A stretch of 43,413 nucleotides of DNA, taken from contig JAQVQI010000001.1 of NCBI GenBank assembly GCA_028701645.1, positions 8,793 to 52,205 on the forward strand, read 5' to 3'. The notes below the pieces were generated by a model. It did no database searches, was not told the origin of the DNA, and was given only the letters and a program-made list of their open reading frames with translations. This document shows, one piece after another, positions 8,974-21,873 of this stretch. This DNA comes from Candidatus Shapirobacteria bacterium (GTDB lineage Bacteria; Patescibacteriota; Microgenomatia; UBA12405). Both the position numbers and the translations under genes were made by a program. The first letter of the stretch is position 1. The number at the start of each line of letters is the position of its first letter.

Positions 8974-10002
8974 ATGACTAAAAAAATAAAAAAAGAAAAA
9001 GAAGTTTCAGTCGTTAAGACAACCACCAATAAATCAGTCCAAATCCCCTTGGTTGGAGTTATTATTTTTTCAGTTTTACTCGCTGCTTCATCTTTTTTTG
9101 CCGGAGCCGCTTGGTTTAAAATGGGAGGATTAACTTCTACCGCCGCAGCCAAAGCCAATTCAACTTTTGAACCTAGTAAATCAGACAAACCTGATTTTCA
9201 ATTTTATGTTATGAGTTTTTGTCCTTACGGCAATCAAATGGAAGATCTAGTTAAGCCAGTGGCTCAACTTCTCAAAGACAAGGCCAATATTCGACCTCAA
9301 TATATTTTTGAGAAAATTGAAGGTGGTTTAAATGATTATTGTAAAAAAAGTGTCCCAGATCCGGCTAATTGTCCTACCTATGTTCAAAACAGCCAAGGAC
9401 AGCTTACACTCGAAGGATGTAAATCTGAGATTAGCAAAATGCTAACCGACTGTACCAATGAAAGTAAATATCTAAAAATTGGTAATAGTTTTTACGGATC
9501 GCTACATGGTCGAATGGAAGCTAACCAAAATGTCCGAGAAATTTGTGCTTTCAACATGAGCGAGGACAAAGCTAATTGGTGGACTTTTGTCGACAATGTT
9601 AATAAAGCCTGTGATGACAAAAATGCCGATACATGTTGGGAAGAACAAGCCAAAAAGGCTGGTTTTGATACCAACAAAATTACTGAATGTTTCAACACTC
9701 AAGCCGCAGAGTTAATCGATAAAGAGATTGCTCTTACCACCCAAAACCAGGTTCAAGGATCTCCAACTTTAAAAATTAACGGAGTTGATTTCCCTCCAGA
9801 ATCAGCTTATACCCAGGATGGTAAAGGTAGTTTAAAAATCGGGAAAAAAGTCTTTACTCAAGACCAATTCAGAACCCCTGAAGCTATCAAAGAAGCTATT
9901 TGTGCTTCTTTTAACAAAGCTCCAAAAGAATGTAAAACCACCATTGAAATGCCAAAAGCGGAAAATGGACAAGTCCAAGTTCCTGCCGAAGGTGGTTGTT
10001 AA
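8974..10002 (+). CDS. Membrane-anchored thioredoxin-fold (DsbA-like) protein
   Basis: N-terminal TM, CPYG redox motif (FYVMSFCPYG), many paired cysteines and a GSPTLKING motif. Confidence 0.7.
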   Translation: MTKKIKKEKEVSVVKTTTNKSVQIPLVGVIIFSVLLAASSFFAGAAWFKMGGLTSTAAAKANSTFEPSKSDKPDFQFYVMSFCPYGNQMEDLVKPVAQLLKDKANIRPQYIFEKIEGGLNDYCKKSVPDPANCPTYVQNSQGQLTLEGCKSEISKMLTDCTNESKYLKIGNSFYGSLHGRMEANQNVREICAFNMSEDKANWWTFVDNVNKACDDKNADTCWEEQAKKAGFDTNKITECFNTQAAELIDKEIALTTQNQVQGSPTLKINGVDFPPESAYTQDGKGSLKIGKKVFTQDQFRTPEAIKEAICASFNKAPKECKTTIEMPKAENGQVQVPAEGGC

Positions 10003-10017
10003 CAAATTTTGTATTTC

Positions 10018-10050
10018 AAAACCCCTCCAAATGTATTAGGAGGGGTTTTT
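10018..10050 (+). terminator. Rho-independent terminator
   Basis: AAAACCCCTCC-loop-GGAGGGGTTTTT directly after the DsbA-like gene. Confidence 0.7.
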
Positions 10051-10137
10051 GTTTGATAAAATATCATCATTGCTATAAAACAAAACTCATATCAAATTCA
10101 AAAAAAATTTAATTTTTATTTTATTTAATTTTTTTTA

Positions 10138-10680
10138 ATGAAACTAAATTCACACCAGATTCGAGCTTCTAACGTAGGGGAGTCACAAAAACTTCTAACC
10201 AAGATTAAACGCAACCCTTTAGTTTTAATTTTAGACAATGTTTTAGACACTTACAACATCGGTTCATTTTTTAGACTAGCCGATGCTCTTGGTGCTCAAA
10301 AAATTTACCTTTGTGGCCCAGTCGTTACTCCACCAAATATTAAAATTCACCGTGCCTCAATTGGCACCTGGAAATGGATCGATTGGCAACAATTTGAATC
10401 AACACTTGATTGTCTTCGTCAACTAAAACAACAAGGCTATCAAATAGTTGCCTGTGAACAAGACAAACGAAGTGTTGATTATCGTCTAGCTAAATACAAG
10501 ACTCCAATTGCCCTTATAGCCGGCAGTGAATCATTTGGTATCTCGCCTCAAGTATTAAAAGAAGTCGACAAAGTTGTTGAAATCCCGATGTATGGGATAA
10601 ATATTTCTCTCAACGTCTTAGTGGCCACCTCAATAATTGGATACGATATTCTCTCGAAAATATTGCCTAAAATTAGGTAA
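10138..10680 (+). CDS. TrmH/SpoU-family RNA 2'-O-methyltransferase
   Basis: 180 aa. SpoU knot motifs (LILDNVLDTYNIGSFFRLADA; IAGSESFGIS; IPMYG..SLNV). Confidence 0.85.
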   Translation: MKLNSHQIRASNVGESQKLLTKIKRNPLVLILDNVLDTYNIGSFFRLADALGAQKIYLCGPVVTPPNIKIHRASIGTWKWIDWQQFESTLDCLRQLKQQGYQIVACEQDKRSVDYRLAKYKTPIALIAGSESFGISPQVLKEVDKVVEIPMYGINISLNVLVATSIIGYDILSKILPKIR

Positions 10681-10711
10681 TATTTTAATCAAAAAATATC
10701 CAAAAAACTAA

Positions 10712-10732
10712 TCTTAAATTAGTATAAATAAT
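10712..10732. repeat. Direct repeat TCTTAAATTAGTATAAATAAT, copy 1, upstream of the candidate gyrB promoter
   Basis: Near-identical to 10796-10817, which has one extra A. Confidence 0.7.
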
Positions 10733-10758
10733 GCCTATCTTTCAATATAATTTGCTTA

Positions 10759-10787
10759 TTGTAAAGCTATTTGGGCTCTGTTAGAAT
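10759..10787 (+). promoter_or_regulatory. Candidate gyrB promoter
   Basis: TTGTAA - 17 nt - TGtTAGAAT (extended -10), about 80 nt upstream of the gyrB ATG. Confidence 0.4.
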
Positions 10788-10795
10788 GAATTTGT

Positions 10796-10817
10796 TCTTA
10801 AATTAAGTATAAATAAT
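10796..10817. repeat. Direct repeat TCTTAAATTAAGTATAAATAAT, copy 2
   Basis: See 10712-10732. Confidence 0.7.
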
Positions 10818-10839
10818 TATTTTTTATTAAATTTTTTAG

Positions 10840-12807
<1,968 letters not shown>

Positions 12808-12855
12808 ATAAATCTTATAAATTACAAAAACTTATTAAATATATTAAAAATTGTG

Positions 12856-12871
12856 TCCCGAATAATCGGGA
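12856..12871. repeat. GC-stem hairpin TCCCGA-ATAA-TCGGGA in the gyrB-gyrA spacer
   Basis: Seen directly. The same element with conserved flanks recurs at 24770-24784. Confidence 0.75.
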
Positions 12872-12892
12872 ATAAATAAAGATTGAAAAATT

Positions 12893-15574
12893 ATGACTGA
12901 TGAAAAAAATACGATTGTTAATGACGTTATAAGAACTAATAGTAATATTGGCAAAGTAATTGAAGTTGATATTGTTCCAGAAATGGAAAAGTCTTATTTA
13001 GACTATGCCATGTCAGTCATCGTTTCTCGCGCCCTTCCTGATGTCAGAGATGGTTTAAAACCTGTTCATAGACGAATTATTTATGCCATGGATCAAATGG
13101 GACTTGGTAGTGGTAAAAATACTAAATCTGCCAAAGTAGTCGGGGAAGTTTTAGGTAAATACCATCCACACGGTGACTCTTCTGTTTATGGAGCCTTGGT
13201 TAGATTAGCCCAAGATTTTTCTCTCCGCTATCCATTAGTTAAAGGTCAGGGTAATTTTGGTTCTATTGACGGCGATCCACCAGCCGCTATGCGTTATACC
13301 GAAGTAAAAATGGATAAAATTTCTCAAGAAATGATTATCGATATCAACAAAGAAACAGTTGATATGATGGACAATTTTGATGCCACCATTCAAGAACCAA
13401 CCGTTTTACCATCTCGAATTCCTAATCTTTTAATGAACGGGGCCGATGGTATTGCTGTTGGTATGGCTACTCGAATTCCACCTCACAACCTCAAGGAATT
13501 GTGTGCCGCTATCGATATTATTTTAGACAAAAGCAATCTAGAAATTATTGAACCAGAAATTGAGTTAAACAATATTCTTGCTCCACCAAAAAACACCCAA
13601 GAGCTTGTTCTTCGGCCTGTTTATGAATTAGAAAAAATAAAATACAATTTTGAAACCAATGCCACAATTGAAGAATTAACCAAAGTTATTCAAGGACCAG
13701 ATTTTCCAACTTATGGCGAGATTTACGGCAAAACAGGAATTATAGAAATGTACAACACCGGTCGAGGTAAATTTTCAGTCAGAGGTAAAACAAATATTGA
13801 AGAAACAAAATCTGGCAAAATCAGAATCATCATTACTGAGCTTCCATATCAAGTCAACAAAGCTGAATTTGTCAAAAAAATTGCTGATTTAGTTCGTGAT
13901 AAAAAAATTATCGGTATCTCTGACCTTCGAGATGAATCAGATCGACACGGAATTCGAGTTGTCGTGGAAATCAAAAAAAATGGCAAACCAAAATCAATTC
14001 TCAATAAATTATACAAATACACGCCACTACAATCTTCATATTCAGCCAACATCTTAGCCCTCGTCAACGGCATTCCTCAAACTCTAAACCTTCGACAAAT
14101 ATTACTTTTATTCCTTCGCCACCGAGAAAGTATTATTCGTCGTCGAACAGTTTTTGACTTAAAAGGTGCCATGATGAGATCTCATATTTTGGAAGGTCTC
14201 AAAAAAGCACTTGATTTTATCGATGAAGTTATTAAAACTATCAGAACAACTAAACCTGATGAAGACGCTAAAACCCGTCTTATAGATAAATTTGAATTTA
14301 CCGATCTTCAGGCTCAAGCTATTTTGGAAATGCAACTCAAAAAACTATCTGGTCTTGAAAGACAAAAATTAGACGATGAATTTAACCAAGTTCAGGCCAA
14401 TATTAACTACCTAACAGCCATATTAACCAAATCAGAAGAAATGATAAATGTTCTCAAATCAGAAAACAAAGAAATATCAGAAAAATACGGCGATTCACGA
14501 CGAACAAAGATATACGTTCGCGGACTAGAAGACTTTAGTGAAGAAGATTTAGTCCCCAACGAACCCGTTTTGGTTACTCTAACTAAAACTGGCTATATAA
14601 AACGAGTCCCAAAAGACACTTACCACAGTCAAAAAAGAGGCGGAATCGGAGTCGTTGGTATGACCACAAAATTAGAAGACGAAATTGAATGTATGCTTTC
14701 CGTTGATACACACGATGACTTGTTGTTTTTTACTAACCGAGGCAGAGTTTTTAAAACCAAAGTATGGGATATCCAAGAGGGAACTAGACAAGCCAAAGGA
14801 CAGGCAGTAATCAATCTTATTAATATTCTCCAAGGAGAAACTGTGCATGCGGTTCTTCCCATCGACAAAGATAGTGACTCTAAGTTTATTTTATTAGCTA
14901 CCCAAAAAGGTGTTATCAAAAAAACTTCAGTTGATAAATTCAAAAATATTCGTCAAACAGGTCTTGCTGCTATAAATCTTGATCCAAAAGATCAATTAAT
15001 CTGGGCAAAACTAACTAATGGCCAAAATCAAATATTTTTAGTTACCAAAAATGGCAAATGTATTCGTTTCAACGAAACAGATGCTCGACCAATGGGTCGG
15101 CATACTCGTGGAGTTAGAGGCATTTTACTCAAAGAGAACGATTATTTAGTCAGTATGGACGTCATTCCGACAACTATCGATAAAATAAAAGATAAATCAG
15201 CCGTCAAACCATTTAGACATTTATTGGGTGTCACCGAAAACGGAGTTGGTAAACGAACTGATGTATATCTCTATCCAATTCAAAAAAGAGGAGGTATTGG
15301 AGTAAAAGTTGCCAATCTTAGTCCAAAAACTGGCAATATAGCCGCCGCCCAAGTGGTGTCCGAAAACGATGATCAAATAATCTTAGTCTCCAAAAAGGCG
15401 GTAACTATCAAGCTTCCACTTAAAAACATCCCCACTCTAAATCGAAACACCAAGGGTGTTATTTTAATGCGCTTCAAATCAACCGAAGACAAGCTTTGCG
15501 CCATGACTGTATTACAAAAAAACAGTGAAATGTTAGAAGGCTCTGAAACAACCGTTGAAACTACTAAAAATTAA
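12893..15574 (+). CDS. gyrA: DNA gyrase subunit A
   Basis: 893 aa. AAMRYTE catalytic-Tyr motif, QRRGGIG-like beta-pinwheel repeats in the C-terminal domain. Confidence 0.97.
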   Translation: MTDEKNTIVNDVIRTNSNIGKVIEVDIVPEMEKSYLDYAMSVIVSRALPDVRDGLKPVHRRIIYAMDQMGLGSGKNTKSAKVVGEVLGKYHPHGDSSVYGALVRLAQDFSLRYPLVKGQGNFGSIDGDPPAAMRYTEVKMDKISQEMIIDINKETVDMMDNFDATIQEPTVLPSRIPNLLMNGADGIAVGMATRIPPHNLKELCAAIDIILDKSNLEIIEPEIELNNILAPPKNTQELVLRPVYELEKIKYNFETNATIEELTKVIQGPDFPTYGEIYGKTGIIEMYNTGRGKFSVRGKTNIEETKSGKIRIIITELPYQVNKAEFVKKIADLVRDKKIIGISDLRDESDRHGIRVVVEIKKNGKPKSILNKLYKYTPLQSSYSANILALVNGIPQTLNLRQILLLFLRHRESIIRRRTVFDLKGAMMRSHILEGLKKALDFIDEVIKTIRTTKPDEDAKTRLIDKFEFTDLQAQAILEMQLKKLSGLERQKLDDEFNQVQANINYLTAILTKSEEMINVLKSENKEISEKYGDSRRTKIYVRGLEDFSEEDLVPNEPVLVTLTKTGYIKRVPKDTYHSQKRGGIGVVGMTTKLEDEIECMLSVDTHDDLLFFTNRGRVFKTKVWDIQEGTRQAKGQAVINLINILQGETVHAVLPIDKDSDSKFILLATQKGVIKKTSVDKFKNIRQTGLAAINLDPKDQLIWAKLTNGQNQIFLVTKNGKCIRFNETDARPMGRHTRGVRGILLKENDYLVSMDVIPTTIDKIKDKSAVKPFRHLLGVTENGVGKRTDVYLYPIQKRGGIGVKVANLSPKTGNIAAAQVVSENDDQIILVSKKAVTIKLPLKNIPTLNRNTKGVILMRFKSTEDKLCAMTVLQKNSEMLEGSETTVETTKN

Positions 15575-15620
15575 GACTCCAAAAGGTGACATTATAGGAA
15601 GTGTGTAATTAATAAGTATG

Positions 15621-15651
15621 AATTAGCAGACATATAATGCTACTGCTAATA
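15621..15651 (+). repeat. Conserved hairpin AATTAGCAG-N13-CTGCTAATA, copy 2
   Basis: 47 nt downstream of the gyrA stop. Arms and flanks identical to the ligA copy, with a different loop. Confidence 0.7.
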
Positions 15652-15804
15652 GGTCAATAAAAACTAGTTTATCCCTAAAATAGGATGATATTCGTCAATA
15701 TCAACATTAAATACCCCAAACCGGTATTTTGTCTAAATTATATTATCAAATTCGCCTTACTATAGGACCGATGTTTTATTTTTATCTCACAATAGGGGAG
15801 TCGT

Positions 15805-16740
15805 CTACTTTTTATTTCCACTATGAAATTTTTCGTGAATTTCTCTGAGTCTTGCATTTGTTACATGGGTATATATTTGAGTCGTAGCAATATTTTTATG
15901 TCCCAATATTTCCTGAACTGATCTAATATCAGCCCCGTTAAGTAACAGGTCAGTTGCCATTGAATGTCGAATAGTGTGAGGAGTCGCCGCCACCGGCAAG
16001 TTTGCTTGTCGAACATATTTTTTTACTAATCTCTGGATAGATCTGGCGGTCAATCTTACTTTTTCCTCTTCAACAATTATTTCATTAGGTCTTAAATTTC
16101 TGATAAACAATGGTTTGTGTTTATCTAACCGCGATTTTAAATATTTATCAACCCAACTAGCAGCTTGGCTAGAGATAAACACAATTCTTGAACGGCCACC
16201 CTTCCCGATAACCCCAAACTCTCTGGTATTCAGATTAATTTGTTCTCTATTTAAGGAAACTAATTCAGAAACCCGCAAACCAGTTGAGAATAATAATTCT
16301 AAGATTGCCCTATCCCGATAACCAGTCTTTCCTGAGTTTAATGGCTGATGCAATAATCTCTCAACCTGTTGTCCATCTAGAAATTTTAATGAATGATCTC
16401 TTGTTTTTGGCACATCAAGTTTTTCTGGTTGCAACACTTTCATATCGTTTTTTATTAACCATTTCAAAAAAGATCTAATTGAAATTATGTAGTACCCTTG
16501 AGTTACCAATTTCATCTCTCCGTTAGTTCCTGACTGCCTTGATAAAAACAATCTAAATTTTCTAATTGATTCCGAATTCATATCATCGACTGTCGGATTT
16601 TCTTTTCCATCATTAATTAGATATTTAATAAATACATCTAAATAATGTTCATAATTTCTGATAGTTAACTTTGAGCAATTTTTTTCAATTTCGAGATGTT
16701 CCAAAAAATGTCTTTTTAATAATTGCAAATCTTTATCCAT
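15805..16740 (-). CDS. Tyrosine site-specific recombinase (XerC/XerD-like integrase)
   Basis: 311 aa. SAM-like N-terminal domain. Catalytic R (GLRVSEL), HxxR (HTIRHS) and H..Y (LGHKNIATTQIYTHV). Confidence 0.9.
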   Translation of the reverse strand: MDKDLQLLKRHFLEHLEIEKNCSKLTIRNYEHYLDVFIKYLINDGKENPTVDDMNSESIRKFRLFLSRQSGTNGEMKLVTQGYYIISIRSFLKWLIKNDMKVLQPEKLDVPKTRDHSLKFLDGQQVERLLHQPLNSGKTGYRDRAILELLFSTGLRVSELVSLNREQINLNTREFGVIGKGGRSRIVFISSQAASWVDKYLKSRLDKHKPLFIRNLRPNEIIVEEEKVRLTARSIQRLVKKYVRQANLPVAATPHTIRHSMATDLLLNGADIRSVQEILGHKNIATTQIYTHVTNARLREIHEKFHSGNKK

Positions 16741-16848
16741 ATTTCCATGTTACCACTTATAACCAAGATTAAATATCTTAAAATCCAGGATACGTAAGTC
16801 ATTTAAATCCACATCTTCATTTCTAGGGCGTTTGGTGAAGTCATTTAT

Positions 16849-16876
16849 ATTTTATACCTATTTTTAGGTTAAATAT
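16849..16876. promoter_or_regulatory. Candidate dif-like recombination site with 11-6-11 architecture
   Basis: ATTTTATACCT-ATTTTT-AGGTTAAATAT. Arms match 8/11 as an inverted repeat. About 110 bp upstream of the recombinase start. Confidence 0.2.
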
Positions 16877-16894
16877 AGATTTTTATTAGTTTTT

Positions 16895-16925
16895 GGGGGA
16901 GTCAAACCAATAAAGGGGGAGTCAA
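16895..16925. repeat. Two copies of GGGGGAGTCAA spaced 20 nt apart
   Basis: 16895-16905 and 16915-16925. A third GGGGAGTC lies at 15795-15802, 3 nt past the recombinase stop. Confidence 0.75.
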
Positions 16926-17204
16926 GTCACCAAAATTAAGCCTGAGGTGAAAAATAAAAGTATTAAACCAAAAGGAGAGAATTAATCAATTTAATTAATA
17001 TTCAAAATTAGCATAATTTATTAGAGTCAATTAAAAAAGAAAATAATTGTTTTTTAAAAAACATAAAAAACACTTCTCCCCCTGTTTGGAAACTATACAA
17101 TGTCGTAAAAGATACATTGTGCGACATGTTAATTTAACTTACCTACCACTAGGGAGATATCGTTATATTTTAATTTTTTATCAACCTTATTTAGTCTTAA
17201 TTAA

Positions 17205-17232
17205 AAATTAGTAATTAGAAATTAGTAATTAA
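17205..17232. repeat. Tandem 14-mers AAATTAGTAATTAG and AAATTAGTAATTAA
   Basis: The 13-mer AATTAGTAATTAA is also exact at 2744-2756 (just before tRNA-Ala) and at 38157-38169. Confidence 0.8.
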
Positions 17233-17235
17233 ATT

Positions 17236-17434
17236 GGCCTCTCTCACTCTATTCTATCCCTCTCCTGTGTGTACACTTTGATATAGTCGCCAAACCTAAA
17301 CTTATCCACAGAGACTATATCATTGTATATCATTATTTTTGACCGTGAAAATTATAGGATATATTGTGAAAATTATTATAGGATGTATATTATAGGACTC
17401 TCCCCTCCCTCACCAACCCCTGGGTCTTTTTTTT
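17236..17434 (+). ncRNA. Candidate C-rich small RNA (speculative)
   Basis: Starts 3 nt after the same 13-mer that precedes tRNA-Ala. CT-rich tracts with UCCC/CCUCC motifs at both ends, an internal 9-bp hairpin, and a T8 run at the end. Confidence 0.2.
17280..17321. repeat. Perfect 9-bp inverted repeat GATATAGTC..GACTATATC with a 24-nt loop
   Basis: Seen directly. The loop carries TTATCCACA. Confidence 0.8.
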
Positions 17435-17578
17435 ATATAAATTCGCTTAACTTATTAATAAATATATATAAATTAGCTTCGGGCTTTATTTATTTTTGTT
17501 ATAAATCTCCTAGGTTTTTTGGATAAACCACCAACTCCTCTTCACTTCCCTATTATGAAATTTTTTCTGTTTAAGATT

Positions 17579-19378
<1,800 letters not shown>

Positions 19379-19436
19379 TTTTCTATGTTAGATTATATCC
19401 TATTTTAGGCTTTATTTTTGCTATATAATTATCTTT

Positions 19437-20381
19437 ATGAAAAATATTATTAAACAAATTTTTATAAAAGCCAAATCAAATCCCAAAAAAATTATTTTAG
19501 CTGATGCCCACGATCCAAGAATTCAAGCAGCTGCAAAAATTGCTCAAGACGAAAAGATTGCTGATATCATTTTATTAAATCAAGAATATATCCAAAAAAA
19601 TTCAAAACTAGCCGAAAATTTAGCCAATAATTTATTTAAACTCCGTCAAGAAAAAGGGTTAACACTCTTAGCAGCTAAAGAGCTAATTACCAAACCTATC
19701 TATTTTGGAACTATGATGGTAAAAGATGGTTTGGCTGATGGTTTAGTTTCAGGTGCCAGCAGTACCACTCATGATACCTTTAAACCAGCTCTTCAAATCT
19801 TAAAAACAGCCCCTAATCAAAAAATAGTTTCTAGTTTTTTTGTTATGGAATTTCCCAACCAAAAATTTGGCCAAGAAGGAATTATGTTTTTTGCTGATTG
19901 TGGGTTAAATATTAGTCCAAATAGTGAAATACTCGCAGAAATTACCAATCAAACGTTAGCTAGTTTTAAACAGTTAACTGGCGCTGTTCCCAAAGTAGCC
20001 CTTCTTTCTTATTCAACCAATAGTAGTGGTACAGGAGAGAGTGTCGACCTTGTTAAACAGGCGACCGAAATTGTTAAAACTCAACACACAGACCTAATTA
20101 TTGAAGGGGAAATTCAAGCCGATGCCGCCATCAACCCCCTCGTCTCGTTTCAAAAAAACCCTGAAAGTATTTTAGGAGGAAAAGCCAATATTCTTATTTT
20201 CCCAGATTTAAACAGTGGCAACATTGCTTATAAACTAGTTGAGCGATTAGCCAATGCCAAAGCTTATGGACCAATTTCCCAAGGAATTGCCAAACCAATA
20301 AATGATCTTTCTCGAGGTTGTAGTATTGATGATATCGTCGCCACCATTGCTATTACTTCAGTTCAAACAAACACTCACTAG
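19437..20381 (+). CDS. pta: Phosphate acetyltransferase
   Basis: 314 aa. PTA_PTB-fold signatures (ILADAHDPRI.., VSGASSTT, SRGCSIDDIV). Confidence 0.88.
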   Translation: MKNIIKQIFIKAKSNPKKIILADAHDPRIQAAAKIAQDEKIADIILLNQEYIQKNSKLAENLANNLFKLRQEKGLTLLAAKELITKPIYFGTMMVKDGLADGLVSGASSTTHDTFKPALQILKTAPNQKIVSSFFVMEFPNQKFGQEGIMFFADCGLNISPNSEILAEITNQTLASFKQLTGAVPKVALLSYSTNSSGTGESVDLVKQATEIVKTQHTDLIIEGEIQADAAINPLVSFQKNPESILGGKANILIFPDLNSGNIAYKLVERLANAKAYGPISQGIAKPINDLSRGCSIDDIVATIAITSVQTNTH

Positions 20382-21163
20382 CGCCAACTCGTAGTAATTA
20401 CGATTCCTAATATAATTGAAAGTGTTATCCAGGCAAAAGTAAGCCAATTTTTTTTAAACAATCTACTTCGTAGCTCCAACTGAACTAAACTAGCAACGAT
20501 ATATACAAACGCCACTAAATATATTGAACCTTTAAAAATACCTACTGGCCAAAATGAAAAAACCAATCCTAGTTGAGATATTAAAAAAGACGGCACCAAA
20601 ACGTATGCCCAAAAGTTTTTATCCTTACCATCATCAGGCAATTCTATAGTGACACTATAAAAAATATACATAAAAATAAGCGATGATATTAAAAAAACAA
20701 AAATTGCGTTCAACCAGTAAATTAATTTGAAAGAAAACAAACTATCGAACAAAAAAAATGCCATTAATAAAACAATCATTAAACCAACGGTAAAAGCGGC
20801 TCGGTACAATGGAGGCGTTCGATTTCCAATCGCCACCAAAAATAAATTTTCTACTAAAAAAATCACATAAGCCATCATTCCAAAAAATATACTTGTCAAA
20901 AATACCGTCAAAAAAGTTTGTGGTAATAAAGCCGAAAATAAACCAAATCCAACAAAAAAACCTATTGGTAAAACAACTGACATCAATCTAATGTATAGGC
21001 TTTGACTAAAAATGATCCCCAAACCAAACCAAAAGCAAAAAGCCACCAAAACCACTCCGACTAATAAACCATAATAATGAGACGAATAAGGAAGATTTAC
21101 AAACAAATAAAAACCAGCAACTGCTACCAAAGAAGAAATCAAATATCTAATCTTTTTTGACAT
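20378..21163 (-). CDS. Polytopic membrane protein, function unknown
   Basis: 261 aa and about 8 hydrophobic helices. Confidence 0.55.
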   Translation of the reverse strand: MSKKIRYLISSLVAVAGFYLFVNLPYSSHYYGLLVGVVLVAFCFWFGLGIIFSQSLYIRLMSVVLPIGFFVGFGLFSALLPQTFLTVFLTSIFFGMMAYVIFLVENLFLVAIGNRTPPLYRAAFTVGLMIVLLMAFFLFDSLFSFKLIYWLNAIFVFLISSLIFMYIFYSVTIELPDDGKDKNFWAYVLVPSFLISQLGLVFSFWPVGIFKGSIYLVAFVYIVASLVQLELRSRLFKKNWLTFAWITLSIILGIVITTSWR

Positions 21164-21165
21164 AA

Positions 21166-21870
21166 CTAATTATAGTCAAAACCAGTATAGACTCCAAGAA
21201 CATCATCATTCGATTCTATCTCTTCAACAAAATCTAAAATTTTGTTTAGTTCATCTTCATTATTTAACATAATCGGATTAATGGCTTTATAAACTGCCTC
21301 CGACCGGACGACTTTTAACCCCAAATCAAGAATATTTTTGACTACCAAATCTAAATCAGTAGTATTAACCCAAATTAAATTTTCTTCAAAATCTAAAACC
21401 CCAAAATCAATCAATTTTAATTGTGTCTCTTCATCAATTTTTTCTAATTCTATTTCTCCAACCTGATTAAATTGAAACATTACCGAGTTAGATTCACCCA
21501 AAACTCCTCCATAATTTTTAAAAATTAATTTTATTTCACTCAAAATTCTATTCTTATTGTCAGTTTCCGCAGTAATAATAATCGGCACTCCAAACGGTCC
21601 ATATCCCTCTAAAATCATTGATACCAAGTTTGCCTTCCTCTCTTCAAATTTCACCAACAATCTCTCAATATTTTCTTTGGGCATATTAACCTCCCTCGCC
21701 TTTTCTATTGCTATCCTCAACACCCCATTAACGTCTGGGTCTGCACTCCCCCCACCGACCCTAATCGCCGTCATTATATTTTTTGCAATTTTTGTAAAAG
21801 TTTCGCTCCTTTTTTGATCCTGAGCTCCTTTTCTATTTTTTATATTTGACCATTTTGAATGTCCAGACAT
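21166..21870 (-). CDS. yebC: YebC/PmpR-family transcriptional regulator
   Basis: N-terminus MSGHSKWSNIKNRKGAQDQKR is diagnostic for the family. Confidence 0.93.
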   Translation of the reverse strand: MSGHSKWSNIKNRKGAQDQKRSETFTKIAKNIMTAIRVGGGSADPDVNGVLRIAIEKAREVNMPKENIERLLVKFEERKANLVSMILEGYGPFGVPIIITAETDNKNRILSEIKLIFKNYGGVLGESNSVMFQFNQVGEIELEKIDEETQLKLIDFGVLDFEENLIWVNTTDLDLVVKNILDLGLKVVRSEAVYKAINPIMLNNEDELNKILDFVEEIESNDDVLGVYTGFDYN

Positions 21871-21873
21871 AGT

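Noticed and set aside
17302-17310. A perfect DnaA-box consensus, TTATCCACA, in the loop of the 17280-17321 hairpin, inside the large AT-rich gene desert. This raised the possibility of oriC.
   Set aside because: It is a single box; about one chance occurrence per few tens of kb is plausible. No dnaA or dnaN gene is nearby, I saw no cluster of boxes, and flanking gene orientation converges on this region instead of diverging, which fits a terminus better than an origin.
17323-17526. A 67-aa track ORF in the gene desert.
   Set aside because: The translation is low-complexity (YIII.., PPSPTP). The ORF spans the direct repeats, the C-rich tract and the T8 run, and has no RBS. It is more likely non-coding.
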